Source: Ascidiella aspersa
Lineage: Eukaryota
Assembly: GCA_963924565.1 (NCBI GenBank)
Contig: OZ004608.1
Location: 11,160,001-11,224,000, forward strand
DNA: 64,000 nucleotides
Reading direction: 5' to 3'
Positions 38,401-51,799 of this stretch are shown here, one piece after another. Positions within the stretch are counted from its first letter, which is position 1; each line of letters opens with the position of its first letter. Below the pieces are notes generated by a model. It searched no databases. It saw nothing but the letters and a program-made list of their open reading frames with translations, and had not been told where the DNA came from. A program made the position numbers and the translations under genes.

Positions 38401-41400
38401 AAATTTGAAATAACATATTTGTGTATGTAATATCTGCAATCAGCCAGTTTCGAAATCAAATCCTTGACCACCGACTGATAAAGATCATTATTTCGCTTTG
38501 CATTTAAATGCAATATTCCTGGCAAGCCTGTGTTTAATATGAAATTCGTATCGTTTTTATGAGATCCCGGAAACTATTGATGCATATATTTTCGAAGTTT
38601 GTCCAAAACCCACGACGGTATAATCAAATTCGAGCATGCTTCGTTTGTATATTGCATTTCAAAGTCGATTGTTTTTTGGCAAATGAAATATTAAACCCCT
38701 GTCACCTCTTTAATTATCGAGTCGGTAGCAATGGTTCTGTTTAATTCTGCAGCACTAAATCCGTCATTTAATCTGCACCTTTAATCATACAGTAGGCTAG
38801 CGGCCAAAGTGTCAAAGTTTGCTTTTCAGACCTTCGTCAAGCATAGACACAGCCGGGCAAAGTTAACCAGCTTGTCGATATTGCGCACCGACAATCCGAC
38901 ATATTTATGACTTCTGGGAGCACATAACAGTGCGCCGGTCCCCCCGGGTCAATTAAATTTCAATGCCACATGTGGCTTACTTGGGCTTACAGTTTTCTTT
39001 CTTCTAGTTAAATTTATCGATCCAAGTACTAGATTTATTGCTTCTTCTGTTGGAATGTTACTTTTTGCGTCGCGCCTAAATGAGTTTTTCGCACTGAAGG
39101 CGTAAGGGCAGTTGGCAGAACGAAATAGAACGACTGTTTTAAAGTTGGCAAAGGAATTTTTATGATGAAGGTTTCAGTTTACGAAAAGTCTTTAGTGATT
39201 GTTGGAATAGGCATATTTTATGAAACTGGATTGTCATATTGGCTGTCTTCATGCTTCTGACCAAGGTTAAGATATCTAACTTACAAACACACAAATATAA
39301 AAGTGGTACAAGTTACAAGTAACAGGGATGTGAAAATCCCAAACTTCTATGTTGGACTTGGCCACTTTGATTTATGTTACAGTTTCAAGAGGCAGCTTTA
39401 CTGCACTTTGTTGATAAGCCGAATTTAATAAAGTTAATTGAAAAACTGTTGACTTATGTGTTTTTTTTTGCCTAGTAGCAGAGCTCAAAAAACAACAGCA
39501 TCATTATTTTTGAACGTAATTAATTATTCATAGAGCGCTATATTTCCAAAACAGTAATTGGAGGTAAGTGCCTAAATGGGCGATAAATTAAAATTGTTTT
39601 GAGGGCATGGGATGAGGGTTTCGTTGTTTTTCGTATTACGCTCGTGTTTTAAATTTTGTACATATAAAGTCTTTGCTCTTGTTTTTTGCCTTATAATAAC
39701 CATTGAAAGTGACCAGGCTTCCTATTGCGTGTATATTCTGTCAGTTGTAGTTTGTTCTTCTTGTTAAAAAGTCTCCGTCCAGGGGTAACATACTAAAAAA
39801 TGAAAAAAATACATTTACACACGATTTCTAAATAATTTTATTTTAGTATTATCCCACTCAACTATACTCTAACATACTAAAAACGAATCAATACATTAAT
39901 ACACGCTTTCTAAACAAATGTATTTTGGCATTGTCACACTCAATTATACTTTAACATACTAAAAATGAAAAATTACATTTGCAGGCGCTTCCTAAGCAAA
40001 TATATTTTGGTATTGTCACACTCAACTATACCGTTTTAACGAATAAAAACACCCAACCTTAACAATCTGTGTTCAGGATTAAACGAAAGCTCCTCGTCAG
40101 TCGACTACGAGGTGCCACGTGACCAGGAGCCACTGGGGCGTGACGTAGCGGCCGAGGAAGCGTTCAGCCACCAGGACCTCTCCACCATCCAGCAGTCCCC
40201 GCTCGAGCCCTATTACTCCTCCTCTTCTCTCGATTCGTCCTCATCCGACGAAGAACGGGAGGACTTTGTTCCTCCTCCACTTCCGCGAGGGTCATCTGAC
40301 CAAAAGGACACTCGTGATTGGCTGTTGACCGGATCGTTCAAGCACAACCAGGAGGTGGTGAAGCCGGTGCTGCCGGCGGTGATTCCCCCCAGGAAGATTA
40401 TCGTGGCGAAATCGAAGGACTCGACGAAGTAAGCTCGATAGGAATATAAAAGAAAAATTAACCTTTTTTAAGAAGACTAATTTAACAGTCTAGCTGACAG
40501 TGCTTCTTAAACTTTTTTAGTTTTGTACACCCCTAGCTTCTATTTTCAGATTTCATTCACCCTTTCTCATGATATGATAAAACTATCAAGTCTGTATTTA
40601 ACATCACAAAATGACTTGGTTGTTTCGCAAAACTATCATCCGTTTCCGACGGTTCACCCTTATTCACCCCTGCAAAAATTTCATTCACCCTGGGGTGAAC
40701 CATTCACCTGTTTAAGAAACACTGGTCTAGCACATACTTGGCAGTTCAAAGTTTAATAAAGTGTCGCCAATTTTGTGCAAACCTTTCTTTAAACGCCGAA
40801 TAATTTTACATTTAACCATTAGGAAACAAGCCACACAGGATCGCAGCAAAAAAGGCTTTTAGCGAATAATTTTGGATTTGAACTTTAACCCGTAATTTTG
40901 TATCCTAAAACGCTAATGTTTGTAAAAAATGATTTTCAATTTTCTGTGCACTTTGAATATCGGACACTTACTTCTACCCATATTGATTAAATATTTATAA
41001 ATAATTTTCCGCCCTTTTCGCGAGAATCTTTTTAAAAATCTGCTCATTGGTAAGATTTGACCGTTTTTGCAAACAAAAAAACGTGCTATTTTAGTGTGGA
41101 TAAATCTTCCATAACTTCGCTGTGATCTGCGTGACGGTTCTCACGCACAAAGTCAAACCCTAGGTTTAGTTTTTAACACAAGTCACGACACAGCGTGGTG
41201 TGGCTTGCAGTTATGTGACATGGCTTGCGCTCCCCGAAAAGGAAAACGTTCGGGCCCAAATATTTAATATAAGCCGACGGCCGCCAGCGTTGTTCCTGTG
41301 CGTTGCGATTGTTATTGATACCTTTTCCGCCGCGCAAACGCTGACGTTCCGGTGATAAACGTGTCTAAACGGCGTTTGCACATCGCTATGCTACAGCCGA

Positions 41401-44400
41401 AGGGATGTTGCGAATTAATAACGGCTGTTGCGATGCTGCGATAAACCTGTAACCCATGTGCCTTGCAACTCCCAAACAGTGGAACACTACGATTCCGGAA
41501 TGGCGGGCACACACGCCGATCGAACTGACTTCCTGTTTTCTGTCGGAAGTTGGTGCTCGTTTGCTGCCGATTTACCAACAGGACAAGCTCATTTTAGCAT
41601 CGAATTATCGCTATGGCGACATAGCGCCACATGATCGCTTTGTAATCCAAACAGCATAGTACTTAAACGCAGAAAAATGACCCGAATACTAGTTCCAAAC
41701 TGTATTTACTGAATATGTGTTTTCCTATGTTGTAGGCATAATATGGTACTTGGGCCGAAAGCAGTATGGTTAATAAATTAACGCCAATGTCGACACAACT
41801 AAATTTTTCACTCCATTATTTGTAAGCTTAATATGATACAACACAAATAAATACCAAAAAGTTAGAATTAAATTAATCTAAGTATTTTATTATTAAAATT
41901 TGAAGCAGTTGTTGCTCAGGTTAACCTATTAAATCTAGCCGATGAAATACTGCAGTCGGCACCCCAACCGAACCCAACCAAATCAAAGAGCGTCCCACAT
42001 TTTTTCTGGTTTTAGGTCATAAGATAACTTGAGCGAAATTTGAGCAAGTTTATCCTGTTAAATGACTCCCGGCGCTGCATGCTGTAAAAATTAATGTTAT
42101 CGGAAAACATCACTTTAGGTTGGAATTTACCAAAATGAATAATTGTATCTCATAATAACTTAAATTTTGACTTATGATGTACCTTCAGGCACCCTTAGAG
42201 AGGTAACTTTAAGGGTACAAAAGTTCATTTTTGTTAAACACTAGAATTTGAGTTCATTTACTCCAAAGATGCATTTTATAATACTGACATATTCGTTGTA
42301 TTCAGTTTTACAAAAGCTAATGTTGTGTACATTAAAATAAAATAATACTACGTTTGTATTGTATGAAGCGCGCATGTAAGAAACACAGTGCACATAAGTA
42401 CATAACAATCAAGTTGAGGACGTTTATAATTGCATTTTCTACCTCCTTATTGTCATCAAAACGGCACTAAACGACCATGACGGACAGCATAAACCTCCTT
42501 TGTTAAACCACAAGAATTATTTCGGACGATTCACATTTCATTAAATCCGTTCTTCCGCAGAAAAAAATACAAGATAATTCGACCCGACCCGATGGCCGGA
42601 GGACTCAACGAGCTCCTCGACATCATTGATCCGGAGGAGAAGATGAACGGGATGCCGGAGCCAGATGAGGACCTGGAGAGACCGGACACTCCAACTCTCG
42701 TTGATGACGCAGATGATGGGAAAAAGTTGGTGCCTAACGGAATTGCTGGTGACTCGGAGGATGTTACCGGAGATAATGACGACGTCTTTAAATCAGCCAA
42801 TTTGGTATTTATTTGTTTTTATAAAACTATATTCTTTGCTGTGTTTTAGAAGAACACAAAATTTCCTTGACACGTATAACAGGGCGTTTATAATTTTATT
42901 TATTGGTATGCATAACTTTATAGGTTCCCAAATAAATAAACAAAAAAGTGGAAGCATGTTGTAAACTTCAAGTCAATTAGTTAAGTGTACATTTGCTTGG
43001 AGAAAAAGTTTTCAAAGTGAGAAGAGTTTAAAATTTAGTTATTACTTTAAAGACGTGAGTCAGACTTTGGTGAATTTAAAGTGGCGTGCAATAACACTTG
43101 ATCACTTAATGGAAGTTCAAAGGGTTACAATGACATATTAACAATTGTGTTTCACTATACAAATGTAATTTTCAACTTTTCTATCACTCGCAGGCGAACC
43201 AACTCGCCGAAAGCGACCAGATCGCGAGCACCCCGAACGACGTCCGACCTCCGAGTCTCAACGAATCCGAGATCAAAAATCTTCCCGGCATCGAGAGGTT
43301 GCAGACCTCGGAGGCGGAGACGAACGAAGCCTCCTCCAACAGCGACGTCCGGATATACAGCATCAAGGACCTCGCTGAGGACTCCATGGCCACGGATCAT
43401 CTCAGGAAAGAAGAACGTCCTCTTCGGCAGGAGGAAATTACGGATGCTTCCAGTCTTCCCGGATCTGGACAGCGTTCGAATGGTCACGCCAAACCTGCGA
43501 ATTCTCCTCCTTACAACGCAACTTCTGATTCTCCTCTCTTAATCCAAACCAATCCCACCTGCGAAGTTCCCGAGAAATCTCCAAATGAATCTTCATCACC
43601 CAAGGAGAACCGCTACTCCAGGAACAGCGACGACTACTTCCGGCACTCCCACCTGGAGGTTGTCATGGAGGAAGACGACTCTGTCGGGGAAGGATCGGAG
43701 TCTTCATCCAAGGCACCGAGGAAGTCTCAGGACGCATTTACCGAGAAGATTGACGAATTGAAGAGAGACCTCACTGACAACGATATCTACGGCGACGCCA
43801 GACCGGAATGCGATGGTAAGTATTTAGGGATGTGATCTGTATCCTTACAATTGAAATCTGCATAAAAGTGTTTAGTGATTTTACAAATTTGTAAATTAAG
43901 TGGCTCTCTTTTTTAAAAAAAAAAGTTATCTGTTTTTTGTGTTTTATTTAAACCATCTTTACCGTTCCCCATTTTCACACAAAAAAATACATTTCTAAGT
44001 TTATAAACAATGTTTATAAAGATCCTAAAAAAAGTCAAGAACTGAAAATAAATTTTCGATATAAATTTTCCTTTAAAAATATTTTTTTTTCGTTTCCTGA
44101 AACTTTTGCCTAAAATGATAAAACACTTTATAAACACTGCATTCATAAGGTAAACTGTTTCTCAGAGTAGCTTCCCTTAAAATTAAAATTAACTTTTTAC
44201 ATTTGAAATAAACTGTTAGAAGCACGTTAGGGCTGTGGCTGCATGTCCAACATCATTGGGCTAACATACGTTCGTATTCTAACACCCATATCAGTGTTGC
44301 GAAAACTTTTATCGTACACAAAAAATGTTTCAAGAAGCTTACCAATAGAGTTAAAAATGGAACCTGAAGAATTTATAATATCTCTGGGCACCCTAGAGGG

Positions 44401-45654
44401 CCTAGAGTGCCGCTGCACCCCGGTCGAGAACCACTGATCTATATGTTTGTTTTAATCACCAGTGGACGAGGACACAGGAGACGTTCGGGATGACGCTTGC
44501 GATCTCCTTCTTAACGACGAAGATGTGTCGGGGAGCAGAAGAGGAGCGAACGGCACGTCCTCCGCGATGGAGAGCACGCTCGACCTTGATAGCACGGCAA
44601 ACCACACTGTGAGTAGGCTCTTCCGAAAGTTGGATTAATTACCAATTAATATAAGTTCAATTTGTCTTTATTTTGCATTTACTCACTTATGTTTTGAATT
44701 ACAGAAATATTGGGTGTACCACAATCTTGTTAATGCTTAAGGCACCTACTAGGGTTAATCCGGTCCTGGCTGTTCCAATAACCTTGATATTATATCTCGG
44801 TACGAGAAAAACTGTTTTCTATTTTTGTCATCCCAAAACATCGGACTGTTAATGACCTGCCTAACACATTTGTATTTGAATAACAGGAATACAAATGAGT
44901 AAACCACGCTGGTAGTAGACTCACACGCGATCCAGCATTCCTTATTATTATTAGTTTCAAAATTTCTTTAGAAACTAGGTTCATGTTACCACTTTTAGGT
45001 AGACTAAATTCAAAATAACTAGACCTACATGTCGCTGGTCGGTGCACATTAAATTCACTTTGCCAATAATTTTTATCAGGTTGGGAGATAAAATATGGGA
45101 AATGAAAAACAGTCCGGGCGTTGACCCGTATTGATATATCAATGTAATATTTCATACTATACCGTGCCGATTTATGTCAACGGTAAACGAAATTTTGGTG
45201 GCTTTGATACAATTTTAATATGTTTCATTTCATAACAAATGAAATTCTGTATTATAAATTCGTCGTGCTTTGAATTGCCGCAGATAGCTGACACTTGTAG
45301 TTTAACAATTATTGACATATCCAAATAAGATATAGAGCATTTTCGAATGAGGCATACACGGAACACTAGAGAAGTACTTGAGATGTTAACTTATTACCTA
45401 TAAATTCAGCGTTGCGAATGATTTTTGTTCACCAAATTTGAAGCCCGTCTTATTTTCTGTCAAACAGCACGGCCTTCCACAATTTATCGATAACCTTTTG
45501 TGCATGTTGAAAGCAGGATGCTACGCAATCCAACGGCAAGGAAGTTGTCAATCACGCACCCACCAACGGCGCCCACGTGCGGAAAAAGAAAAAATCGATT
45601 CCACTCACGACCAGCGACAAATCGGCTTTGTGCGGATGCTGCAGTATTATGTGA
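35407..45654 (+). CDS. Acidic, Ser/Pro-rich, probably disordered protein (~624 aa) with C-terminal polybasic + palmitoylation/prenylation motif (RKKKK...CGCCSIM*), paralemmin-type membrane anchor; 8 coding exons
   Basis: Exons 35407-35426, 36130-36429, 37929-37981, 40077-40428, 42561-42804, 43194-43815, 44463-44608, 45517-45654. All introns are GT-AG with phases 2,2,1,2,0,1,0; total 1875 nt with no internal stop. Exons are GC-rich against AT-rich introns. The last exon reads DATQSNGKEVVNHAPTNGAHVRKKKKSIPLTTSDKSALCGCCSIM*. The N-terminus is less certain and could extend upstream. Confidence 0.82.
39787..40040. repeat. Intronic minisatellite, ~3 copies of an ~82-bp unit
   Basis: TAACATACTAAAAA.GAA...TACATT...CACTCAA(C/T)TATAC repeated three times just upstream of the 40077 acceptor. 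Confidence 0.85.
40498..40724. mobile_element. Intronic hAT-type MITE
   Basis: TIRs CAGTGCTTCTTAAAC / GTTTAAGAAACACTG, repeated subterminal TTCACCC; partial copy at 9530-9613. Confidence 0.8.
44385..44436 (-). mobile_element. MITE end fragment (family of 57945-58253)
   Basis: The reverse complement reads CAGTGGTTCTCGACCGGGGTGCAGCGGCACTCTAGG, matching the left end at 57945. Confidence 0.6.
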
Positions 45655-45774
45655 TTGAGGCTATTGTTCGAAGAAGTATGACTGACGTAGAAACACTTTT
45701 ATCGCTTGATTCTTATTAAAGTTTGTCTTTGTGGTACAGCGGTTGCTTCCTTTCATTTACTTTTTTGTATCGAC

Positions 45775-45780
45775 AATAAA
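45775..45780 (+). terminator. Candidate polyadenylation signal of the CaaX-protein gene
   Basis: First AATAAA 121 nt after the TGA at 45652-45654, followed by TG-rich sequence. Later AATAAA sites exist, so usage is uncertain. Confidence 0.4.
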
Positions 45781-47105
45781 TTGTTTGTGAGCTATGCTTA
45801 ACTTTGTGCTAGAAAAACAAACCATATTGACAATTTGTGCCCCCTCTGGAACTTTCGAGGCTAGCGTATCGCGACAAAAACTGTTTAAGGCCAATCTGCA
45901 TTTTTATTCTTTCCGAGTTTATTTTCTAAAGGCCACAAGATAACTTGATTCTTTAAACGAAGCGAAGAAATAAAAAGAAACAGCGCACAAAGCGACAAAA
46001 AAATGGAAAAAAAAAACTAGGCACAAGTCGTACACGGTACTATAACGAAATGAGTGCTCCCGATTTGTGGTACACAATCAATGGTGATTGCACATTAATA
46101 AGAAGACGTCAAATATAACAAAATGTGTAGGGAGCAAATGCGCCAACATCAATAATTAATACAACTCTGTTATAAACTCGTTTGGAACGCACGCAAAACA
46201 CCAGCATATCTACAACGAGGTAGAATTGCGGCAGGAGGCTTCGAAGAGAAATAAAGGCTCGTGTGTGTTTTGAAGATTTCCGACTGTTCACAGTGGGCAG
46301 AATTCGGAAGGGAAGGTGGTGTTAGCAATAAATACGAGGTTTTAATTGTAAACAAGCCATTTTAAAATATCTTTACTACCAAGTCCTTTGCGAAACTAAA
46401 GCAAGTCATTGAAACACTGGGGGCGTTGAAACAGCTTTTCCTGATTGGTTATGTACAGTATAGACTGCCGGCCAAATCTTGGAATAAAGGAGTGTCGCTT
46501 AAACAACCCACCAATAATTGAACGCATTTTTATTTCCACCGGACTGCTGTACAGTTTCGACACAGCGTTGCGTGAATCCGGTTGCCATTCATTTGCTTTT
46601 TTCCGATTGAAATACCACGTTACGCTTTTCCGAGCAAAATACACAAAGGAACAATGATTTTAAAGCGGAACAACGTTTCAATGCATTTCCTTTCATTTTT
46701 GTCATAACATAATAGTTATATAGTAGCACTGTTTATGTCGCCAATTATAACGCGATTATGAAAACAAACAAAAGGTAATGCCGGGCGATAAAAGATCCCG
46801 TAAGTGTTACGGAAAATAGGGTGTACACCAACAAAATAGATGTAACGAACACAGGTATATTCCGTCTCGGACAAACGACTGGGAAACAAGCTATTAACGA
46901 ATATGGAACGCCCCTTTCAAATTTTCAAATGACGAAAAATGACTAATTTGAGTTTGACGTTGCAATATTATGAAGAAACCAAAACTTAAACGTTGACATT
47001 GCACAATAGATACATGCAATGTTATCTTATCTTTCTTAAGGAGACACTTCGATCAATACGTTTAACTTTGTAAATTACGGACAAGTAATGTAAACGGAAA
47101 TGTAC

Positions 47106-47111
47106 TTTATT
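47106..47111 (-). terminator. Candidate polyadenylation signal of the zinc-finger gene
   Basis: TTTATT on + (AATAAA on -) about 190 nt downstream of the stop at 47302-47304. Confidence 0.35.
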
Positions 47112-47301
47112 TAACCCTTTTTTAGCAATAAACTACATTTACAAGTTGCACTTTTTGCATGCCCGAAAAATTGCACTAAGCCATTCGGCATTAACAAGGA
47201 TGACAAACAAATACAATAATTTGCTTTAAGGCGTGTTGCTGAAAGATTATGCGTTTGTATTGCGTACAGGTGGCTTTTTTACTTTCTAATGTTGACTGAA
47301 G

Positions 47302-47399
47302 TTAGGGAGGCGTTGAAGCATGGGCTAAGTTGTCCTGCATAATCTGGGGCGAGCCAGTGAGAATTTGTTGCTGTTGCAGGGAGACATGGACTTGTTGCG

Positions 47400-47445
<46 letters not shown>

Positions 47446-50400
47446 TTGTTGTTGTTGTTGCTGTTGCTGTTGTTGGTTGTGTGTCTGTATCATGTGTTGT
47501 TGTTGTTGCTGCTGTACTTGCTGTACCTGCTGCTGCATCTGCTGTTCCTGTTGTATCGCTTCCAGCGCTTGCAGCACGGTAAGGTGGCTGATTGCCTGGG
47601 GCTGCTGCTGGTCTGGGTCAGGGGGCGGTGGGGCCGATTCGCTTGGCACTGCGGGCCCCATAGGGGGCTTGGAGAGCAGGTTTTTACCTGGTCGCTTGTC
47701 GTAGAAGTGGATGTCTCTGTGGGCGGGAAAAAATAAATAAAGCGTTGACACAAAACGGCATCTCATTTTACTCCTCAGTAGGCCTACCACAGTAAATTCA
47801 CTCTGCTTTTTTGTTTTTTTGTAAGTCTATTTGAAATTTAGCACAAAACTATAGATCAATCAAAATGGTAACTTGTTAAAAATACAAGAACTATCTTTTC
47901 AATCACATTTTACACATCAGCACCAAAGTAAGTTTACTAAATTTTTGTTGGTCTGTTTAGAAATTGGTTACAATTCTGCAAACAACGGTAATTAAAACTA
48001 GAAACCAAGAACTGTATAACTGCGGTGTATTTTTTTTATAAAATTTACCCTAGTGTAGGTAACAAACTGAAAACCTACGTTTCGAACGTACTGGGTGCAT
48101 TCAGCAATAACAAAACAAACAAAAAACACATTAAACTTTCCTCTCGAATTTTTTGGCCGTTCAGGAGAATTTACGGAATAATGTTTAAGGTAGTTAAACT
48201 GATTTATACAAATCATAGACAGGTTTTTGTAACACGTAAATCATGCCTGAAATCACCTATAACGGACTTTCGCTCCTTTAGGTCGGGCATCTTTAAAACC
48301 TCCAACAGAAAAAAAAGTAAAAGCAAGAAACTAACCTGAGATGTCGCTTGAGGACTCCAATATGAGCGAAGCACTTGCCACACTCGACACACTGGTGCGG
48401 CTTCTCCAGCATGTGCACGGCCCTCACGTGCTTGTTAAGGTTGCCGTGGAGGCCGAACGACTTGCCGCAGATCTCACACTTGTGCGGTCGCTCCTGTACA
48501 CAAAAAATGCGATTAGTTCACGGCCAGTCCACATAACTTACTTGGCCCATGCTTTGGGGCGTTTTAAATCAATACTGTTATGTTGAAGAGATAAAGGATG
48601 AATAATCTAACAATAGAATAATAAACAAAAAAACTAAGAAAAAATGGATTTTCTGTTTTGTTGCAAACGATATCTGATATTTAGACCAAAAATAAAACTT
48701 GTATTTCACGATTTAAAATTTAGCAACACCAACTAATGAACCTAAAAAAATTCATGTTATTTTGACTAAGGTAAATATAAAGAGGTCAAAGTAAGGTGTG
48801 CCCGGCGTAGCGTTTGCGTTCTTTCCATACCTTTAGATGTACTGCTTGTATATGTCGGTCCAGGTCGACTGGTCTTGTGAAACTCCGGTTGCACTCGTGA
48901 CAGTGATGCTGTGGAAAGAAATACCTTGTATTATTGACTGCGGGGAAAATGGAATTGATCAGGGCCACAGTGATGAGTAGAGAAACAACAGGTCAAGGTT
49001 ACCATTTATACTCTACTAACACACGTAGTCCGAAGAAAAAGGGAATCGGTAGTTTATACTTCAAACCTTATATGCAGACAGGAAAAATGGTTATATATTA
49101 ACCAGGTCCAGGTCTTTGTCAACCTTGGTAGAACTATTTTCAATCAAATCGGGAAACACGCAGATTTTTAGTATTTACACAAGTATTATTATGCCTAAAT
49201 AGTAGATAAACAATTTTAGCGCCTTTTTTAGATTTCCATTTACTTCACTATAGATTATTTTATTGTATAATTACAAAAAGGTAAAAAAATATGTTTTTTG
49301 TTTCGGATACTGTATAAATCCCGGCATGAAAGTTCAGTTAGGAGGAAAACCAAGATGCCCTATTAGTAACTTGCCTGTTATCAAATAAGTTCAAATCAAG
49401 TCCTGTGGCACGACTACCCTATCCCCACCCAACCTTGCAAGCCAAAGTTCTAAACTTTTTTTCGCAAAATGCTTCTCTTCCCTTGCTAAGCGCCTGTCAC
49501 CGACCTGCGGCTGCGAGCTCTGGTTGGTATGTGCCGACCGCATGTGACGTCGAAGCTGGGTGCCTTCGCCGAAACGCTTGCTGCACACACTGCACACGTG
49601 GGGGCGCTCGTCCTCGTGGCAGATGTGGTTCTTGAAGGCCATCTCGTCAGCAAAGCCCTCCTGCGAAAGAACGAACGTGGGCTTGAAATGGAGTTTAGTA
49701 TGTTTGGCGAGTTATGTCGAACTTCGCTTTCTTTAGTTGAAGGAAGAATGGGCTTTATTAAGCATAATATGAAGCATGGGATATTTAAACGTATTTTGTA
49801 ATGTCTCAGAACAAAAAACTAAGGAAGTAACTTTTAATTGTAGCTTGGTTTTCAAAGGGCATAATCATTGACGTATTAAAGTTTATTCATATTGTTTACT
49901 ACGTTAACTTTTGTTAGTTTTGCAATGAACTAACACCAAAATGTTATCTGGTTTGCATCCACATGTAAGCTCTCATCGTGTGTAATAATACCATCCTAAA
50001 AACCCGAGACACATTCCAAATCGGGAAAATACACACAATTATAAAGATCAGAATTGCGGGTTTTTTCGCCAAGTGAAATTCTAGCTGCACCTACCTGACA
50101 GTCGGCGCACTTGTAGCAGGGCCGCTGGTGCAGGTGAACGGTGAGGATGTGTCGCTTGAGGTGGATAGCCTCGGAGAAGGCGGCGCCGCACTCTGTGCAC
50201 TTGAGGCTCAGCAAGCGGTGGGACTTGGACGGCGCCTTCTGCCGTTGGTGGACGCCCTTCACGTGCCTGAAGATCGAACCAAGGTTAAACATAAAATAAT
50301 TGGCTTTCGAAAAACTAAAGATTATGAGTGATTTGGTCAATCTAGGTTCCTAAATTCAGGGGCACTGCTATACAAAGAAATAATCTCATTAGGTGAACTA

Positions 50401-51764
50401 AAGTAGTGTCACTGTATCAGGTGATTCGGGACAACGTCGAATATATAACTCAATTAAATCTCTTGAAAAACATAGTCTTATCATGAAATATCAAAACTCG
50501 GATCGCCCCTTAAAATCATAGAAATATAATCTCTAAGACACAATATTAAAAACTTGTATCGCCCCTTAAAATCATAGAAATATAATCCCTAAGACACAAT
50601 ATTAATAACTTGTATCGCCCTCTTTAAAAACATATATTTTCTCGCTTACCGATTGAGGTCGCTCATGCGCGCGAAGGTCTTGCCGCAGTGCTGGCACTTG
50701 TGTGGGCGGTCCTTGGTATGCACACAACGCACGTGTTGCTTGAGGTGGGTGGCCGTCTTGAAGCCTCGACCGCACTTGGTGCAAAGGTGAGGACGCTCGC
50801 CGGCCATCGCCATAGCTGCCGCTGCGGTCAGAGCAGCCTGCTGGAACTGCAAGAGTCCTGAGGTTACTTAAGAATCATAGTTACCGCCACCAAAGCAATA
50901 ACAATAGTACACCGTTTCGATTTCTGCTTTGATGAGCCATGCGAAATGCCGAAGTAGGCGTGAAGTTTTCATGAGCCAGTAATTTAGGGCTTGTGGATGC
51001 TTTTTTGGGTCTGAAGCATAAGGTGGCCACCGTAATTAAGCTTCAAGTAAATTTGTTGTGACAATCACATGGCATGCCTGTTTACACAGAAGGAAAGCAA
51101 CGCGTCCACTTGCCGTATGCAAACGTTTCGAGTCCGACAGGCAAACCTTGAGTGTTGTGAGCCTGACAGAGCAGTTATTTTTTCCTGGCTTACTAAAATA
51201 TTACTCACCTAACGGTTACGATCCGAACGTTTTTTGTGTAGAATGTGGTTTGGTGTCAGACAGTCAGATCGAATGTCCTATACTTATTAACCGATATCTT
51301 AAGCAAAAAGCAGCACAACTTGCCAAATTTCGATCCAAAGTCTAAAATATTAGATTAGTCAATAAATCAAACCTCTTTCAATTTATTACAGGCCCTTTAT
51401 TTGTTTTAAATTGGTTAAATGTTAACATAAGCTAATTAGCTGATTTAAGATATAGGACAGGCGACAGATTCAACCTATAGGATATAGTCCAATGCGCACA
51501 TTTGTATTGATTTTCGGCCTGAATATTCAATCAAAGATAATATTTAAGCCCTGCTGTAATAGCACTGCAGTTTTAGGTACCTTCATACTGGGGCACACGT
51601 GGTCCTTCATGGTGGACTTTTCTACAATCTCCCCACATGCATTGCACTTGGCCGTGGTCGAGAGGTCGCCGCCCGCTATTGGCGGGTGAAGGTCGTCCGC
51701 TGATTGGCTGAGCAGCATGTTTGAAACCACGTTGGTCGTCCTGGCGACGGCGTGATGTTGTTGT

Positions 51765-51799
<35 letters not shown>

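Noticed and set aside
35407-45654. Assigning the symbol PALM to the CaaX gene
   Set aside because: Only the C-terminal anchor matches; other paralemmin signatures were not seen.
45438-45719. 93-aa ORF as last exon of the + strand gene
   Set aside because: An alternative frame from the acceptor at 45516/7 is also phase-compatible and gives a polybasic + CaaX terminus, which is far more plausible.
47330-47736. Plus-strand poly-Cys (124 aa) and poly-Leu (123 aa) ORFs
   Set aside because: Antisense shadows of the CAG/CAA polyQ exon of the minus-strand zinc-finger gene.
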